Below, one piece after another: positions 36,484 to 46,191 of a stretch of DNA of 64,000 nucleotides. This DNA comes from a bacterium BMS3Abin08 (lineage in GTDB: Bacteria; Nitrospirota; Thermodesulfovibrionia; Thermodesulfovibrionales; JdFR-85): the NCBI GenBank assembly GCA_002897935.1, contig BDTA01000058.1, forward strand, positions 5,486 through 69,485, in the 5' to 3' direction. The translations under genes were made by a program, and so were the position numbers. The stretch's first letter is position 1. Each line of letters starts with the position of its first letter. The notes under the pieces were generated by a model. It did not search any database and was not told where the DNA came from. It worked only from the letters and a program-made list of their open reading frames with translations.

Positions 36484-37023
36484 TCAGGGTGCTGGACGAA
36501 AACCACATTCTTCTGATTTGATTGATTCAAATGCCAGGAATACCCTCTTTTCCTTCTCTCTTTTATCATCGGGGAGTTCTTTAAATTCAATCCTCTTGAT
36601 AGCCTCAAGGGCCTCATGCCTTGAAGGTATCTCCACTAAACCGTAACCGATTGCTTTACCAGTTACCGGGTCCAGAATCTCCGCATCCTCTCCATCAGTT
36701 ATAACAGCAACGGGGATTACATAAATATCAAAGATTCTTGCACAGGATAAGACCTCCCTTTCCCATGAAGACAATGAACCACGAGAACATTTTATAATCA
36801 TGAATCTCTTTCCTTCAACACTTATAACAAGGTCAACCTTTGCCCTGTTTATTTTTTCGTCTATAACGATGTCAAATCCCCTGTCAACCTCTATATCATC
36901 TTTTGAATAACCCTTCTCTTCAATTAGAAACCGCTCTATCCCCTGCCTTACCCTTTCATCAGTTGTGTCAACAACCTTCTGCCCTGTTATAAAGTCGATA
37001 AGTTTTTTTTCAACACCATTCAT
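36484..37023 (-). CDS. HsdR_N-like (type I restriction enzyme R-protein N-terminal, PD-(D/E)XK-fold) single-domain protein
   Basis: 179 aa. Contains ERVRQGIERFLIEEKGYSKDDIEV and KVDLVISVEGKRFMIIKC, resembling the stand-alone HSDR_N_2 family. Its ATG is 2 nt after the upstream stop. No helicase, HsdM or HsdS gene is nearby. Confidence 0.55.
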   Translation of the reverse strand: MNGVEKKLIDFITGQKVVDTTDERVRQGIERFLIEEKGYSKDDIEVDRGFDIVIDEKINRAKVDLVISVEGKRFMIIKCSRGSLSSWEREVLSCARIFDIYVIPVAVITDGEDAEILDPVTGKAIGYGLVEIPSRHEALEAIKRIEFKELPDDKREKEKRVFLAFESIKSEECGFRPAP

Positions 37024-37025
37024 AC

Positions 37026-37811
37026 TTATACTGCCTTCTTTTTATACCCTTCCTTCACCTTTAATGTCTCTTCAAGCATCAGGATATATTTCAGGTATTT
37101 GAATCCGAATTTCATCAGCGCTATCTCGTCAGTCTTCATCTTCTCGACCTCTTCTTTATCAATATCAAAGAGATCAAAAAAATTGCTCTCAAAGATAAAT
37201 TTCTTGAACCTATCTATATCATAACTTGCCATGTAAAGCATGCCCTGCTTCTTCGAGTCGAGCTGGGGCTGCCCGGAGACATTTCTCCTTAACTGAATAT
37301 CTTTCCACTCCTTGTTCATCTCATCATAAAGGTCAACCCCCTGGTCAATCCTCCATGTCTCTATCGTCCACTCCTTTTCCTCCTGATAACCGAGGCAATT
37401 GGGGTCTTTTATAAAAAAGTAGAACTCTTCATTTACCGCCCCTTTCTCTGAGCCCATTATCATGAGACCCTGGCCAATGGGATAATATCTACAGTTGGAA
37501 GGACGGTCTTCATAGATACTACAGCCTTCATCTGTAACAAAGGGACATTCCCCTCCATCATCTATCATCTTAAGCGCTGCGTAAGGATGTGAGGACTTTT
37601 CATCAATATGGGTGTATGTGTATCTATCAAGTAACTCTCCTGAAGTAATTCCCAATCTATTTTTCATCCTTACGATGTCATAAGGTGTAAGAAGCACATC
37701 TGCACGACTACAGCATTTACTAAAACAGACGATACCCTTATAACACCCGAATTTGAATTTGGAATTCAGTGTGCGCTTAATAGGTTCAACAAGCCTTCTA
37801 CTCAGAAACAT
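37026..37811 (-). CDS. YkgJ/UPF0153-type cysteine-cluster protein (CxxCxxCC family), paralogue A
   Basis: 261 aa. Contains FKFGCYKGIVCFSKCC and CPFVTDEGCSIYEDRPSNCRYYP. Overlaps paralogue B by 14 nt. Confidence 0.65.
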   Translation of the reverse strand: MFLSRRLVEPIKRTLNSKFKFGCYKGIVCFSKCCSRADVLLTPYDIVRMKNRLGITSGELLDRYTYTHIDEKSSHPYAALKMIDDGGECPFVTDEGCSIYEDRPSNCRYYPIGQGLMIMGSEKGAVNEEFYFFIKDPNCLGYQEEKEWTIETWRIDQGVDLYDEMNKEWKDIQLRRNVSGQPQLDSKKQGMLYMASYDIDRFKKFIFESNFFDLFDIDKEEVEKMKTDEIALMKFGFKYLKYILMLEETLKVKEGYKKKAV

Positions 37812-38616
37812 GGGGTAACCCTTTCCCTCCCGACTGCAGGAGCTTATCCATTGCCTTATCTTTTAGTTTAAAGGTATCCTCGTTAAATAGATTGAATCTC
37901 ACCCATCTATAGCCAAAACTTAAAAGTTCTTCTTCGTCTTTCTTTATCTTTTCTATAACCTCATTGTCCACATCATAGATATCAAAAAAATTAGTTTCAA
38001 AAAGAAATCTCTTAAACTCATTCAGGTCGTAACAAGCCTTATAGAGCAACTTCGCCCTTCCAGAATCAAGCTTATTCCCCTTCTGAAAATAATCATGGAA
38101 GGTGATCTCCTTATATAATTCATTCATTTTATCATAGATATCGATCCCCTGATCTTTCTTCCACTCCGGTGTTGTCCATTGTCTTCCATCTTTTCCTCCA
38201 GAGGCGGATCTGCCTTCGGCAGAAAATCCAAGGCATGAAAGATCCTTCTTTATCAGAAATTCTTCCTCCTTCGAGGAAGCCGGGAATATGGGATACATCC
38301 TGCATGACCATGGCCTGTGCTTATATATGCTGCATCCATCCGGGGAGACAAAAGGGCAGCTTTTATTTTCATCCTCCATCATCTTAAGCACTACCAGAGG
38401 TATTCCCTCATCTCCTAAAAGCGCTACGGTATATCTTTTTAAGAACTCTCCAGAAGGCATCCATGTAGTTTTTCTCATTCTCAGGACATCATAAGGTGTG
38501 AGAAAGATGTTTACATCATTACAGCATGTATTAAAACAGGAAAGCCCTTTATGACATGAGAATTTGAATCTGTCATTTAGAGAGATTTGTTGTTCTTCGG
38601 TATATTCTTCATTCAT
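37798..38616 (-). CDS. YkgJ/UPF0153-type cysteine-cluster protein (CxxCxxCC family), paralogue B
   Basis: Contains FKFSCHKGLSCFNTCC and CPFVSPDGCSIYKHRPWSCRMYP. Start set at MNEEY (ATG 38616, RBS ggaaaggaa), because the track's 56-codon N-terminal extension is encoded by an interspersed repeat. Confidence 0.65.
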   Translation of the reverse strand: MNEEYTEEQQISLNDRFKFSCHKGLSCFNTCCNDVNIFLTPYDVLRMRKTTWMPSGEFLKRYTVALLGDEGIPLVVLKMMEDENKSCPFVSPDGCSIYKHRPWSCRMYPIFPASSKEEEFLIKKDLSCLGFSAEGRSASGGKDGRQWTTPEWKKDQGIDIYDKMNELYKEITFHDYFQKGNKLDSGRAKLLYKACYDLNEFKRFLFETNFFDIYDVDNEVIEKIKKDEEELLSFGYRWVRFNLFNEDTFKLKDKAMDKLLQSGGKGLPHVSE

Positions 38617-38636
38617 AGCGAATTCCTTTCCAATGG

Positions 38637-38720
38637 TCTTCATTCCCGCTTGTCTTGTCATTCCAGCTTGTCTGGAATCGTTCCTTGTTTTAAGAAGGAT
38701 CCCGAACGAGTCGGAATGAC
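38637..38720. repeat. hairpin-module repeat between aprA and the cysteine-cluster genes
   Basis: gtcttcattcccgcttgtcttgtcattccagcttgtctggaatcgttccttgttttaagaaggatcccgaacgagtcggaatgac is a degenerate copy of the family-A core. Confidence 0.65.
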
Positions 38721-38748
38721 ACTTGTTAGGTCTATCTAATAAATCTAT

Positions 38749-38773
38749 GGGGGTGACCTGAAAGGTCACCCCC
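38749..38773 (-). terminator. hairpin 30 nt downstream of aprA (terminator or attenuator)
   Basis: gggggtgacc-tgaaa-ggtcaccccc has a 10-bp GC-rich stem. On the minus strand it is followed by atagatttatt. Confidence 0.5.
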
Positions 38774-38803
38774 TCATACATCATCTCATGACCTACTATC
38801 TTA

Positions 38804-40729
38804 TTAAACGATAGGAATCATCGGCCTTTCAATCGTCTTCCATTCCTTTTTATCCGCATCATACTTGATATTTATGAAGTGTTTGTTGCCTTCATCCAGA
38901 TCCGGGTAATCTAACTTGTGGTAATATCCAGGCCATCTTGACTCTTTTCTCGCGAGTCTTGTCCTTACACATGCCATGCCGACCCACATCCTGTGAACAG
39001 CCTCCCAGGCCCTCATCAGCTCATGATTGTTCTTCTCAAGATTAACACCGAGCTTCTCTACATCCTCTTCTAGTAAACCCAATTTCCAGAGAGCTGTCTC
39101 AAGCATCTTGTCGGTTGTCTCATAATTTGTCTCCCAACTGCCTGCATATTCACCCATTATCTTCTGCAGCCTGAATAGGAAATTATGCGCTGAGATATAG
39201 TTAGGATTTACATCCGGGCTTGTTGTATATGTCTTCTTTTCCTCATAGAGGGCAACAGGTTTAAAAACTATCTCAGTGAGTTTCTTTATCGTATCATCAG
39301 ATACAGTCGGCGTGTAGCCCTTGTGATCATAGGCATACTTCACTGCTGCCTTTGCTGCAATCCTTCCCGATACATGTGAGCCACTTGAGAACTTATGCGC
39401 GCTTGCACCTATGCCGCAACCTGCTGTAAATAGACCATTGACAGTGGTCATAAAGTTATACTGCTCAGGGAATGCATCAGCATATTCTTTTGGCATAAGG
39501 TCAGGAGCACCACAGGCCCATGCACCGCAGGATGCAGCATGTGAACCTATAAAGCAAGGATCTCCTAACTGAAGCTCCGAAGGTTTTTCCAATGGGTCAA
39601 TATTCAGTGAAGCCCAGAGCGTTGCACCCGCAATAGTCATATCAAGGAAGTCCTCCCATGATTCGCTCTCATACTTCTTAAGCGCTTTTTTCTGCTCCTT
39701 TGGGTCTGTTACCTCCTTCTTTATCCTCTCTGTCACCTTCTCTGTATGCATTAACAGTGGTGACTTACCAGCCTTTGTTGCGAGTATCATCTCGTAGTTT
39801 CTCACAGGTGTTGGACAGGGCTTTATCTTTGAATACGGCGCCCACTTATCTGTCTCGGATGTATATGCAAATACATAGGGATCCCCATAAACATCCGTTG
39901 CAGGTGTCTTAAAGAGAAGGAAGAATGTCCCGACAGGTCCGTATGCGTCCTTAAACCTCGGAGGGACGAATGGCACATCCATCTGTGTAAGCTCGCCACC
40001 TGCCTGGAGAATGGTGGCATAAGTCGAGCCTCCAAGGAATGGAGGCATCCATGACCTTCCAAAGCCCTCACCCTGAGACCTTGGCCTGAATACATGGACA
40101 GCGCCGCCCAGACCATCGTAAACCGCATTTGCCTTAAACACATAGAATTTATCTTCCCTTACGCTGAAGCCTACTGCACCACATACCCTATTTGACTCCT
40201 TCTCATCCTTCAGAAGGTGCGTGATATAAACCCTCTCAATGAGCTGGCCCTTATCACCGAGGGTAGCAATGGCATTCTTTGCCGCCTCTGCCACGATAAT
40301 CTTGTAGCTCTCGCCTGATATCGCCACCTGCCATGCGCCTGATTTGGCATAATTCCCATTCTCGTCCTTCCATATAGGAAGCCCCCATTTATCGAAAGTC
40401 TTGACAGAGGAATCCACATGCCTTGCGATATCATAGATGATGTCCTGTCTTGTAAGACCCATCTGGTCATTTGTCACATACTTTACAAAATCCTCAGGCT
40501 GATGGGAATCATGTGTTACCTTTCCATCTAACCCCATATAGGTATTAATAGCAGAAAGCCCCATTGCAACAGGACCACTCCTGTCAACAGCAGCCTTGTC
40601 TACCCAGGTTACCTTTAAACCCAGTGGCTTTGTCCAGTATGAAGCCTCAACTACAGCGCCGCAGCCACCCATACCTCCACCGAGTATCAATACATCGGTT
40701 TCAATAACCTCTGTTGTAAATTCTTTCAT
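38804..40729 (-). CDS. aprA: adenylylsulfate (APS) reductase alpha subunit
   Basis: 641 aa. FAD motif DVLILGGGMGGCGA. Adjacent to aprB and sat. Confidence 0.9.
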   Translation of the reverse strand: MKEFTTEVIETDVLILGGGMGGCGAVVEASYWTKPLGLKVTWVDKAAVDRSGPVAMGLSAINTYMGLDGKVTHDSHQPEDFVKYVTNDQMGLTRQDIIYDIARHVDSSVKTFDKWGLPIWKDENGNYAKSGAWQVAISGESYKIIVAEAAKNAIATLGDKGQLIERVYITHLLKDEKESNRVCGAVGFSVREDKFYVFKANAVYDGLGGAVHVFRPRSQGEGFGRSWMPPFLGGSTYATILQAGGELTQMDVPFVPPRFKDAYGPVGTFFLLFKTPATDVYGDPYVFAYTSETDKWAPYSKIKPCPTPVRNYEMILATKAGKSPLLMHTEKVTERIKKEVTDPKEQKKALKKYESESWEDFLDMTIAGATLWASLNIDPLEKPSELQLGDPCFIGSHAASCGAWACGAPDLMPKEYADAFPEQYNFMTTVNGLFTAGCGIGASAHKFSSGSHVSGRIAAKAAVKYAYDHKGYTPTVSDDTIKKLTEIVFKPVALYEEKKTYTTSPDVNPNYISAHNFLFRLQKIMGEYAGSWETNYETTDKMLETALWKLGLLEEDVEKLGVNLEKNNHELMRAWEAVHRMWVGMACVRTRLARKESRWPGYYHKLDYPDLDEGNKHFINIKYDADKKEWKTIERPMIPIV

Positions 40730-40756
40730 TTCTTCTCTCCTTTCTTATTTCCTTTC

Positions 40757-41200
40757 TTATTTTTTTGTCGGGAGTTCTTTTACTCCCAGCATATCCGGCT
40801 CTGAAAACAGCAATTGATTGTTTAAATCTTCTACCTTTGCCTCAGGAAATCCCTCAAGCGCCTTTATAGAACCCTCTGGAGTAGTCCTCGTTGCATACTT
40901 AAACCTCTTGATCCTTCCATCCCTGTAAGTGATGGTCCACATGATGTCCTCTGTCCCTCTCAAGGGAGTTGATGCAGCGCCGAGGGGCATAAAGTCCTGG
41001 TATCCCCTCACATCCATAGCCTGCTGTGGACATATCTTTACACAACAGTAGCACTCCCAGCAATAAGTAGGCTCCTGATTGTAAGCCTTCATCCTCTCCT
41101 TGTCCAGCATCATCAGGTCATTGGGGCATATGTACATGCAAGCAGTTTTATCCTGCCCCTTGCAGCCGTCACATTTTTCTGTCATTACAAAACTTGGCAT
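40757..41200 (-). CDS. aprB: adenylylsulfate (APS) reductase beta subunit
   Basis: 147 aa. Begins MPSFVMTEKCDGCKG...CMYICPNDLM and continues CWECYCCVKICPQQA, giving two 4Fe-4S clusters. Confidence 0.9.
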   Translation of the reverse strand: MPSFVMTEKCDGCKGQDKTACMYICPNDLMMLDKERMKAYNQEPTYCWECYCCVKICPQQAMDVRGYQDFMPLGAASTPLRGTEDIMWTITYRDGRIKRFKYATRTTPEGSIKALEGFPEAKVEDLNNQLLFSEPDMLGVKELPTKK

Positions 41201-41349
41201 TTTAATACCTCCTTACTTTAGTTGAGTTAATAATTGACCTTAACGCTTAAAGCCTGAATTTAACGATTCTAAACTTTCACCCCCTCTCCTTAAATTATAA
41301 GGGATTGGTTGTTAGGGTCTGAGGATTGGTATTTACCAACCCCTGATCT

Positions 41350-42567
41350 TTACTTCATTCCCTCTGCATATTTATGCATCTTGATCTCGACCTTTTCCGT
41401 CAACCCCTCGTAGTAAGCGCGAAGTATCTCCAGCACCTCGGTCCGGCTGAACTTATCCGAGACAGCCTCACCCTCGGAGAGCATCTTACGCAGCTTGGTC
41501 CCGCTCAGGATAAGCCTGTCCTCCTTGCTATGGGGGCATGTCTTCATCGATGCCATCTGGTCACACTTGTTACACCAGAAGGTCCAGTCAATCTTGAGGG
41601 GCTGTGTCTCAAGGGCATCCTTGGGGATCTCGTCAAAGATACGGTGGGCATCAAAAGGACCATAGTAGTCACCAACACCTGCATGGTCACGACCGACAAT
41701 AAGATGACTGCATCCAAAATTCTGTCTGAATAGGGCATGCAGAAGCGCCTCTCTCGGACCTGCGTATCTCATGTCAAGGGGATAACCACCAACCATGATG
41801 GTGTCCTTCACGAAATAGTTTTCAATAAGGGTTTCGATGGCCTTGCCCCTTACATCTGCCGGTATGTCCCCGGGCTTGAGTTTTCCAAGAAGCATGTGGA
41901 TAAAGACACCGTCACATATCTCGATTGCGATCTTGGCGAGGTATTCATGGGAGCGGTGCATGGGGTTACGGGTCTGAAATGCTGCAACTGTGGTCCAGCC
42001 CTTCTCCTCAAAGACCCTCCTTGTCTCATCGGGCCTCATATAGACCCCCTTGAACTCTTTGGGGAAGATACCCTCACTCAGGACCTTTACCGGACCGGCA
42101 AGATTTACATCTGCCTGGGCCATAACCTTTGCAACACCCGGATGTTCGGTATCTGTGGTCTTGAATACCTGTCGACACTCATGCTCCTTGTCGATTGTAT
42201 ATTTTTCGGTAATCTTCATCGTTCCCATGATCTCACCACTGTCTTCATCTACAAGGGTTACCTCTTCGCCTTCCTTGATGCTGTTTGCCTGCCCCTTTGT
42301 GGTGGAGAGCGTTATAGGAATGGGCCAGAATGTCCCATCAGCCATCTTGTACTCATCACAAACACCCTTCCAGTCATCATGTCCCATAAAACCTTCAAGG
42401 GGAGTAAACCCGCCGATACCCATCATTATAAGGTCTCCGGTCTCCCTCGAGGTCATCCTTATGTGTGTCAGGTCCTTTGCCTTTCCCATCTCCTCCTTCA
42501 GTTCATCGCCTTCAAGAAGGAGCGGGTTCAGTTTTTTCTCTTTTCCATGAGGATTAACTAACGCCAT
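41350..42567 (-). CDS. sat: sulfate adenylyltransferase (ATP sulfurylase)
   Basis: 405 aa. Contains [13 protein letters not shown] and [12 protein letters not shown]. Confidence 0.9.
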   Translation of the reverse strand: MALVNPHGKEKKLNPLLLEGDELKEEMGKAKDLTHIRMTSRETGDLIMMGIGGFTPLEGFMGHDDWKGVCDEYKMADGTFWPIPITLSTTKGQANSIKEGEEVTLVDEDSGEIMGTMKITEKYTIDKEHECRQVFKTTDTEHPGVAKVMAQADVNLAGPVKVLSEGIFPKEFKGVYMRPDETRRVFEEKGWTTVAAFQTRNPMHRSHEYLAKIAIEICDGVFIHMLLGKLKPGDIPADVRGKAIETLIENYFVKDTIMVGGYPLDMRYAGPREALLHALFRQNFGCSHLIVGRDHAGVGDYYGPFDAHRIFDEIPKDALETQPLKIDWTFWCNKCDQMASMKTCPHSKEDRLILSGTKLRKMLSEGEAVSDKFSRTEVLEILRAYYEGLTEKVEIKMHKYAEGMK

Positions 42568-42642
42568 CTCAAGCCTCCTTAATTTATTAATGTTGAATGC
42601 TTAATTAATAATTATCGAGCGTTTCACTCTTAACATTCAGCG

Positions 42643-43293
42643 CTACTTTATGCTGTCGAGAATAGCACAGACATTTGCAAAAATCTCCTCTATATTACCC
42701 ACTCCATTGACGCTCTTAAGAATACCCTTGTTTTTATAGTACTCTATCAGAGGTGCTGTCTGGTTCTCATAAACCTCGAGTCTTTTCCTGATCGTCTCCT
42801 CCTTGTCGTCATCCCTGTGATAGAGTTCCCCACCGCATTTATCGCAGATCCCCTCTTTTGCCGGAGGACTGAAATAGATGTTGTACATCTGACCGCACTG
42901 CCTGCAGGTACGCCTGCCGGTGAGCCTCTTCATAAGGACATCAGGATCCACATCCACACTAAGCGCTATCTGAAGAGGAACGCCCATCTCACCCAAAACA
43001 CGGTCAAGTGTCTCAGCCTGAGCTGTATTTCTGGGAAAACCATCAAGTATAAACCCCTTCTTGCAGTCATCCTGCTGCAGCCTCTCCTTAACAAGCCCGA
43101 TTACAACTGAATCGGGAACAAGTTCTCCCTTATTCATATAGGACTTTGCCTCTGTGCCAAGGGGGGTACCGTCTGCTACGGCCTTTCTGAGGATGTCTCC
43201 GGTAGATATCTGTGGAATGCCATACTTGTCGATAAGTTTCTTAGCCTGGGTCCCCTTGCCTGCTCCTGGTGCACCAAGAAGAACGATTCTCAT
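42643..43293 (-). CDS. adk: adenylate kinase (Zn-finger lid type)
   Basis: 216 aa. P-loop GAPGAGKGTQ. Lid cysteines CRQCGQMY...CDKCGG. Confidence 0.9.
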   Translation of the reverse strand: MRIVLLGAPGAGKGTQAKKLIDKYGIPQISTGDILRKAVADGTPLGTEAKSYMNKGELVPDSVVIGLVKERLQQDDCKKGFILDGFPRNTAQAETLDRVLGEMGVPLQIALSVDVDPDVLMKRLTGRRTCRQCGQMYNIYFSPPAKEGICDKCGGELYHRDDDKEETIRKRLEVYENQTAPLIEYYKNKGILKSVNGVGNIEEIFANVCAILDSIK

Positions 43294-43508
43294 TTATTTA
43301 CCTCCATGTTAGGATTTATTTAACGCGCAATTCCACCAAGAAGACGGAAGACGCAATATACTACATAAAGTCAAATTTTATTTCAAGACAAAAATTAAAA
43401 TCGTTTTATAAGATTTTCTTATATTTTTCCGCCCTTTCTTTAACAAAGGGGGGAAAACGGGAAAAAAACACTGAAAAGACGGTCGATTAATAAGGTAACC
43501 TGCTGTTG

Positions 43509-44213
43509 TTAAAATAAATTCCTTAACAATACGATGAAGGCAACCCCCTTTGCAACCTCGATCCATCCGGTAACCTTCAGAGGCACCCTGTAAAGGGTAA
43601 GGCTATGGAGGAGGTTTTCAGAAAGGGGAAGGATAATCAGAACCGGAAGGCCACAGACATAATAAACAATGAGAGAAAAAAAGACGTATGCTACCATCAT
43701 AAACCGCTCCCTCACGCCCTTTCTCAGCTGAACCCTGACCTTAAAGACCCCGGCGGCAAAGAAAACCGCCACCGCAACATACAATCTGATATCCAGTTCC
43801 CCGGCAGTCAGAAACCTTGCGATAAGAGAGGAAAGGGAGAGGGTGGCAAAACCAATGACCTCCGTATAGAGCTTATGCCCTCTTCCGGAGATAAAGAAAA
43901 GGGCATAGAGCAATGGAACGAGAGCAAAGGGGGCAAGTGTCACAAAAGAGCCGAGGGTAAGATAAATGATAATTAAGGAAGCAACAACCACCTGCACAAT
44001 AAATATAAAAAGATGGGGGCCATGGCCCTTCTTTTTCAACCATAAAGCAAGACATTGCTTGGAGTTCACATATAAAGAAAGGGCAACAAGACCTAAAACG
44101 GCACTTAAGGCGGCCTCCCCGGACATTTTCAGACCGGCGATATAGGACAACAGCAGTACAGTCCATGAACCATACTCCTTCAAGATATATGGCCTTAGTG
44201 ACCTCAACAACAC
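43509..44213 (-). CDS. polytopic membrane protein, possibly YwiC-like
   Basis: 234 aa with about 8 hydrophobic helices. The N-terminal PYILKEYGSWTVLL resembles the P-x-EHGAW start of YwiC-like proteins. Weak, recall-based call. Confidence 0.4.
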   Translation of the reverse strand: MLLRSLRPYILKEYGSWTVLLLSYIAGLKMSGEAALSAVLGLVALSLYVNSKQCLALWLKKKGHGPHLFIFIVQVVVASLIIIYLTLGSFVTLAPFALVPLLYALFFISGRGHKLYTEVIGFATLSLSSLIARFLTAGELDIRLYVAVAVFFAAGVFKVRVQLRKGVRERFMMVAYVFFSLIVYYVCGLPVLIILPLSENLLHSLTLYRVPLKVTGWIEVAKGVAFIVLLRNLF

Positions 44214-44391
44214 AAAATCTCCTCCGGTCTGTTAAATAAAACGCTCAGGCACCTCCGCCCTGACAATAACCCCCGGACAGCATGTTTTCATTTAATCCCG
44301 CATCCGGCGGTAAGTTAACTCCATGGCTTTGAAGCAACCGGATTCAGGTTTAAATTGCTTGATTCAGGGTATATTATACATGCTCGATCTG

Positions 44392-45492
44392 ATGAAAAAA
44401 ATGAGATATATCATACTACTTATAGTCCTCACGTTGATAACTATCCTCTCCCTGTTCCTTACAGGAACGGTCAACGGAGGTGAATCACATTCCTATCTCT
44501 TACTAATAACAGGCCTGGGGATCGGGATCATTATAATCCTCGGGGGATGTGAACTCTTTGCGAACGGTGTGGAATGTTTCGGAGACAGGTTTAATATGTC
44601 CCATGCAACCGTAGGCAGTCTGCTCGCAGCCATTGGGACCGCCATGCCCGAAACCCTGATTCCCATACTTGCGCTCCTCTTTGCCGGTAAAGGACACAGG
44701 GAGGGGATAGCCGTAGGCGCTATTCTCGGTGCCCCTTTTATGCTCGGCACCCTTGCTATGTTCCTTCTCGGGATAACGGTCTTTATCCGTAAACTCATCA
44801 AGAAACGACCCAGAGCAGAAATGGACGTTAACTTATCAGCATTCACCTTCGAGATGAAGTACTTCCTCGTTATCATGTCTTTTTTGCTTCTGATTTCCGT
44901 CATTAAAAATCCTCTGATCAATCATATAACGGGAGGACTTCTGATAGTTGTCTACGGCATATTCTTTTTTTACTCACTGAAACATGAAGCTGAAGAGGGA
45001 GAGGAATATACGGATAACTTTCACTTCGGCCTCTTTTTAGGCTGTCCGAGGAGGGTCCGATGGATCTCATTGCAGATACTTGTCGGCCTCTTTTTTATCA
45101 TTACAGGGGCAAATCTTTTCATCGGGTACCTGACGGCATTCTCTCTTAAGACAGGGATACCCTCTCTGATTCTCTCCCTTCTCATAACTCCCATAGCTAC
45201 GGAGCTGCCTGAGAAATTCAACTCGATAACCTGGACCTTAAAGGGCAAGGACACAATAGCATTGGGGAATCTCTCCGGTGCAATGGTCTTTCAGGCTACA
45301 ATACCTGCATCAATCGGCCTTCTCTTTACTGACTGGATATTGGGAACACGTGAGCTGTTCACTATCGGCTCCGCTCTTTTCATGGGGGGGATTATTTTAT
45401 GCTATGTATCATATAAGAAGAGACTGCCTGCAACAGTTCTCCTTATAGGTGGGGTGTTTTACTTCATTTATGTACTAACCGTATTTATATAA
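44392..45492 (+). CDS. Ca2+/cation antiporter (CaCA/YrbG-like)
   Basis: Two alpha-repeat regions (GTAMPETLIPILA and GNLSGAMVFQATIPASIG) and about 10 TM helices. The start among M20, M24 and M27 is uncertain. Confidence 0.7.
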   Translation: MKKMRYIILLIVLTLITILSLFLTGTVNGGESHSYLLLITGLGIGIIIILGGCELFANGVECFGDRFNMSHATVGSLLAAIGTAMPETLIPILALLFAGKGHREGIAVGAILGAPFMLGTLAMFLLGITVFIRKLIKKRPRAEMDVNLSAFTFEMKYFLVIMSFLLLISVIKNPLINHITGGLLIVVYGIFFFYSLKHEAEEGEEYTDNFHFGLFLGCPRRVRWISLQILVGLFFIITGANLFIGYLTAFSLKTGIPSLILSLLITPIATELPEKFNSITWTLKGKDTIALGNLSGAMVFQATIPASIGLLFTDWILGTRELFTIGSALFMGGIILCYVSYKKRLPATVLLIGGVFYFIYVLTVFI

Positions 45493-45514
45493 AAACGCTC
45501 CCTGAAACGCAAGC

Positions 45515-45877
45515 CTACGTATCATCCTCATCATCATCGGGCACAATAAAGGGATTCTTCTTTTTCCGGTTTCTGAAGATAAACTTGGGATAATAATAGA
45601 AAGAAAGGAATCCGTCAAGTTTTATTATCTCGTTGACATCGGGGTTACCTCTCAGAACACCTATTATCCTCCGGATATACAGGAAGAATATAAATGAAAA
45701 GACCTCCATTGCAAGTGCAAAAAGAAATATCACCCTCTCGCTGTCACGGTCAGGATAGAACCTTATCAGTAACAGAAAAAAGATAACCACGGAAAAGAGA
45801 CTAACATAGCTAAGGAACCCGGCCTTTATTATGAGTTCCTTTACGGCCTTCTCTTTTGCCTTTTTATTCAAACTCAT
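45515..45877 (-). CDS. hypothetical small membrane protein
   Basis: 120 aa with two hydrophobic helices and an acidic C-terminal tail (DDDEDDT). No recognisable family. Confidence 0.4.
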   Translation of the reverse strand: MSLNKKAKEKAVKELIIKAGFLSYVSLFSVVIFFLLLIRFYPDRDSERVIFLFALAMEVFSFIFFLYIRRIIGVLRGNPDVNEIIKLDGFLSFYYYPKFIFRNRKKKNPFIVPDDDEDDT

Positions 45878-45898
45878 ATTTTAAAATACCGCCTATTG

Positions 45899-46039
45899 TT
45901 AGAGTCCGTGCATAAATAACAGTCATTTGTCATTCCCGCAAGCGAAGCGAGTCGGGAATCCTTCTTAAAGACAGATTCCGGACAAGCCGGAATGACAAAA
46001 TAACGACAACTGTTCGACTTTATACACAGACTCTAATTA
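45899..46039. mobile_element. family-A MITE-like element
   Basis: ttagagtccgtgcataaataacagtc ... gactttatacacagactctaatta. The interior is near-identical to 28648-28798. Confidence 0.75.
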
Positions 46040-46146
46040 CAGAGGGTTTTTGTGGCGTAAGCCCGTCAATCAGGGTATCTCATTCAGAACTCTCTGACCG
46101 GCTTGATTCAGTATTGATTCAGAATACATATATCCAGAGGAAAATA

Positions 46147-46182
46147 GACACCCTGACGGAATAATAAAGCCGTCAGGGTGTC
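46147..46182 (-). terminator. rho-independent terminator (13-bp stem)
   Basis: gacaccctgacgg-aataataaag-ccgtcagggtgtc. On the minus strand it is followed by ctattttcc. It lies 10 nt after the stop of the 58-aa ORF. Confidence 0.65.
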
Positions 46183-46191
46183 CTGGCCCGG

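Noticed and set aside
36484-37023. HsdR_N-like ORF as evidence of a type I restriction-modification or defence locus
   Set aside because: It is only a 179-aa single domain. There is no helicase or nuclease C-terminal part, no hsdM or hsdS, and the context is a respiratory operon.
38617-38784. 56-codon N-terminal extension of the cysteine-cluster paralogue B as given in the ORF track
   Set aside because: The extension (…RNDSRQAGMTRQAGMK…) is encoded by an interspersed hairpin repeat (38637-38720). A good RBS precedes the internal ATG at 38616, and paralogue A aligns from that point.
41737-42561. 274-aa plus-strand ORF (and the overlapping 166-aa ORF at 42050-42550)
   Set aside because: Entirely antisense to sat, whose product has unmistakable ATP-sulfurylase motifs. 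The antisense ORFs have no RBS, are low-complexity and Ser/Pro/Leu-rich, and resemble no known family.
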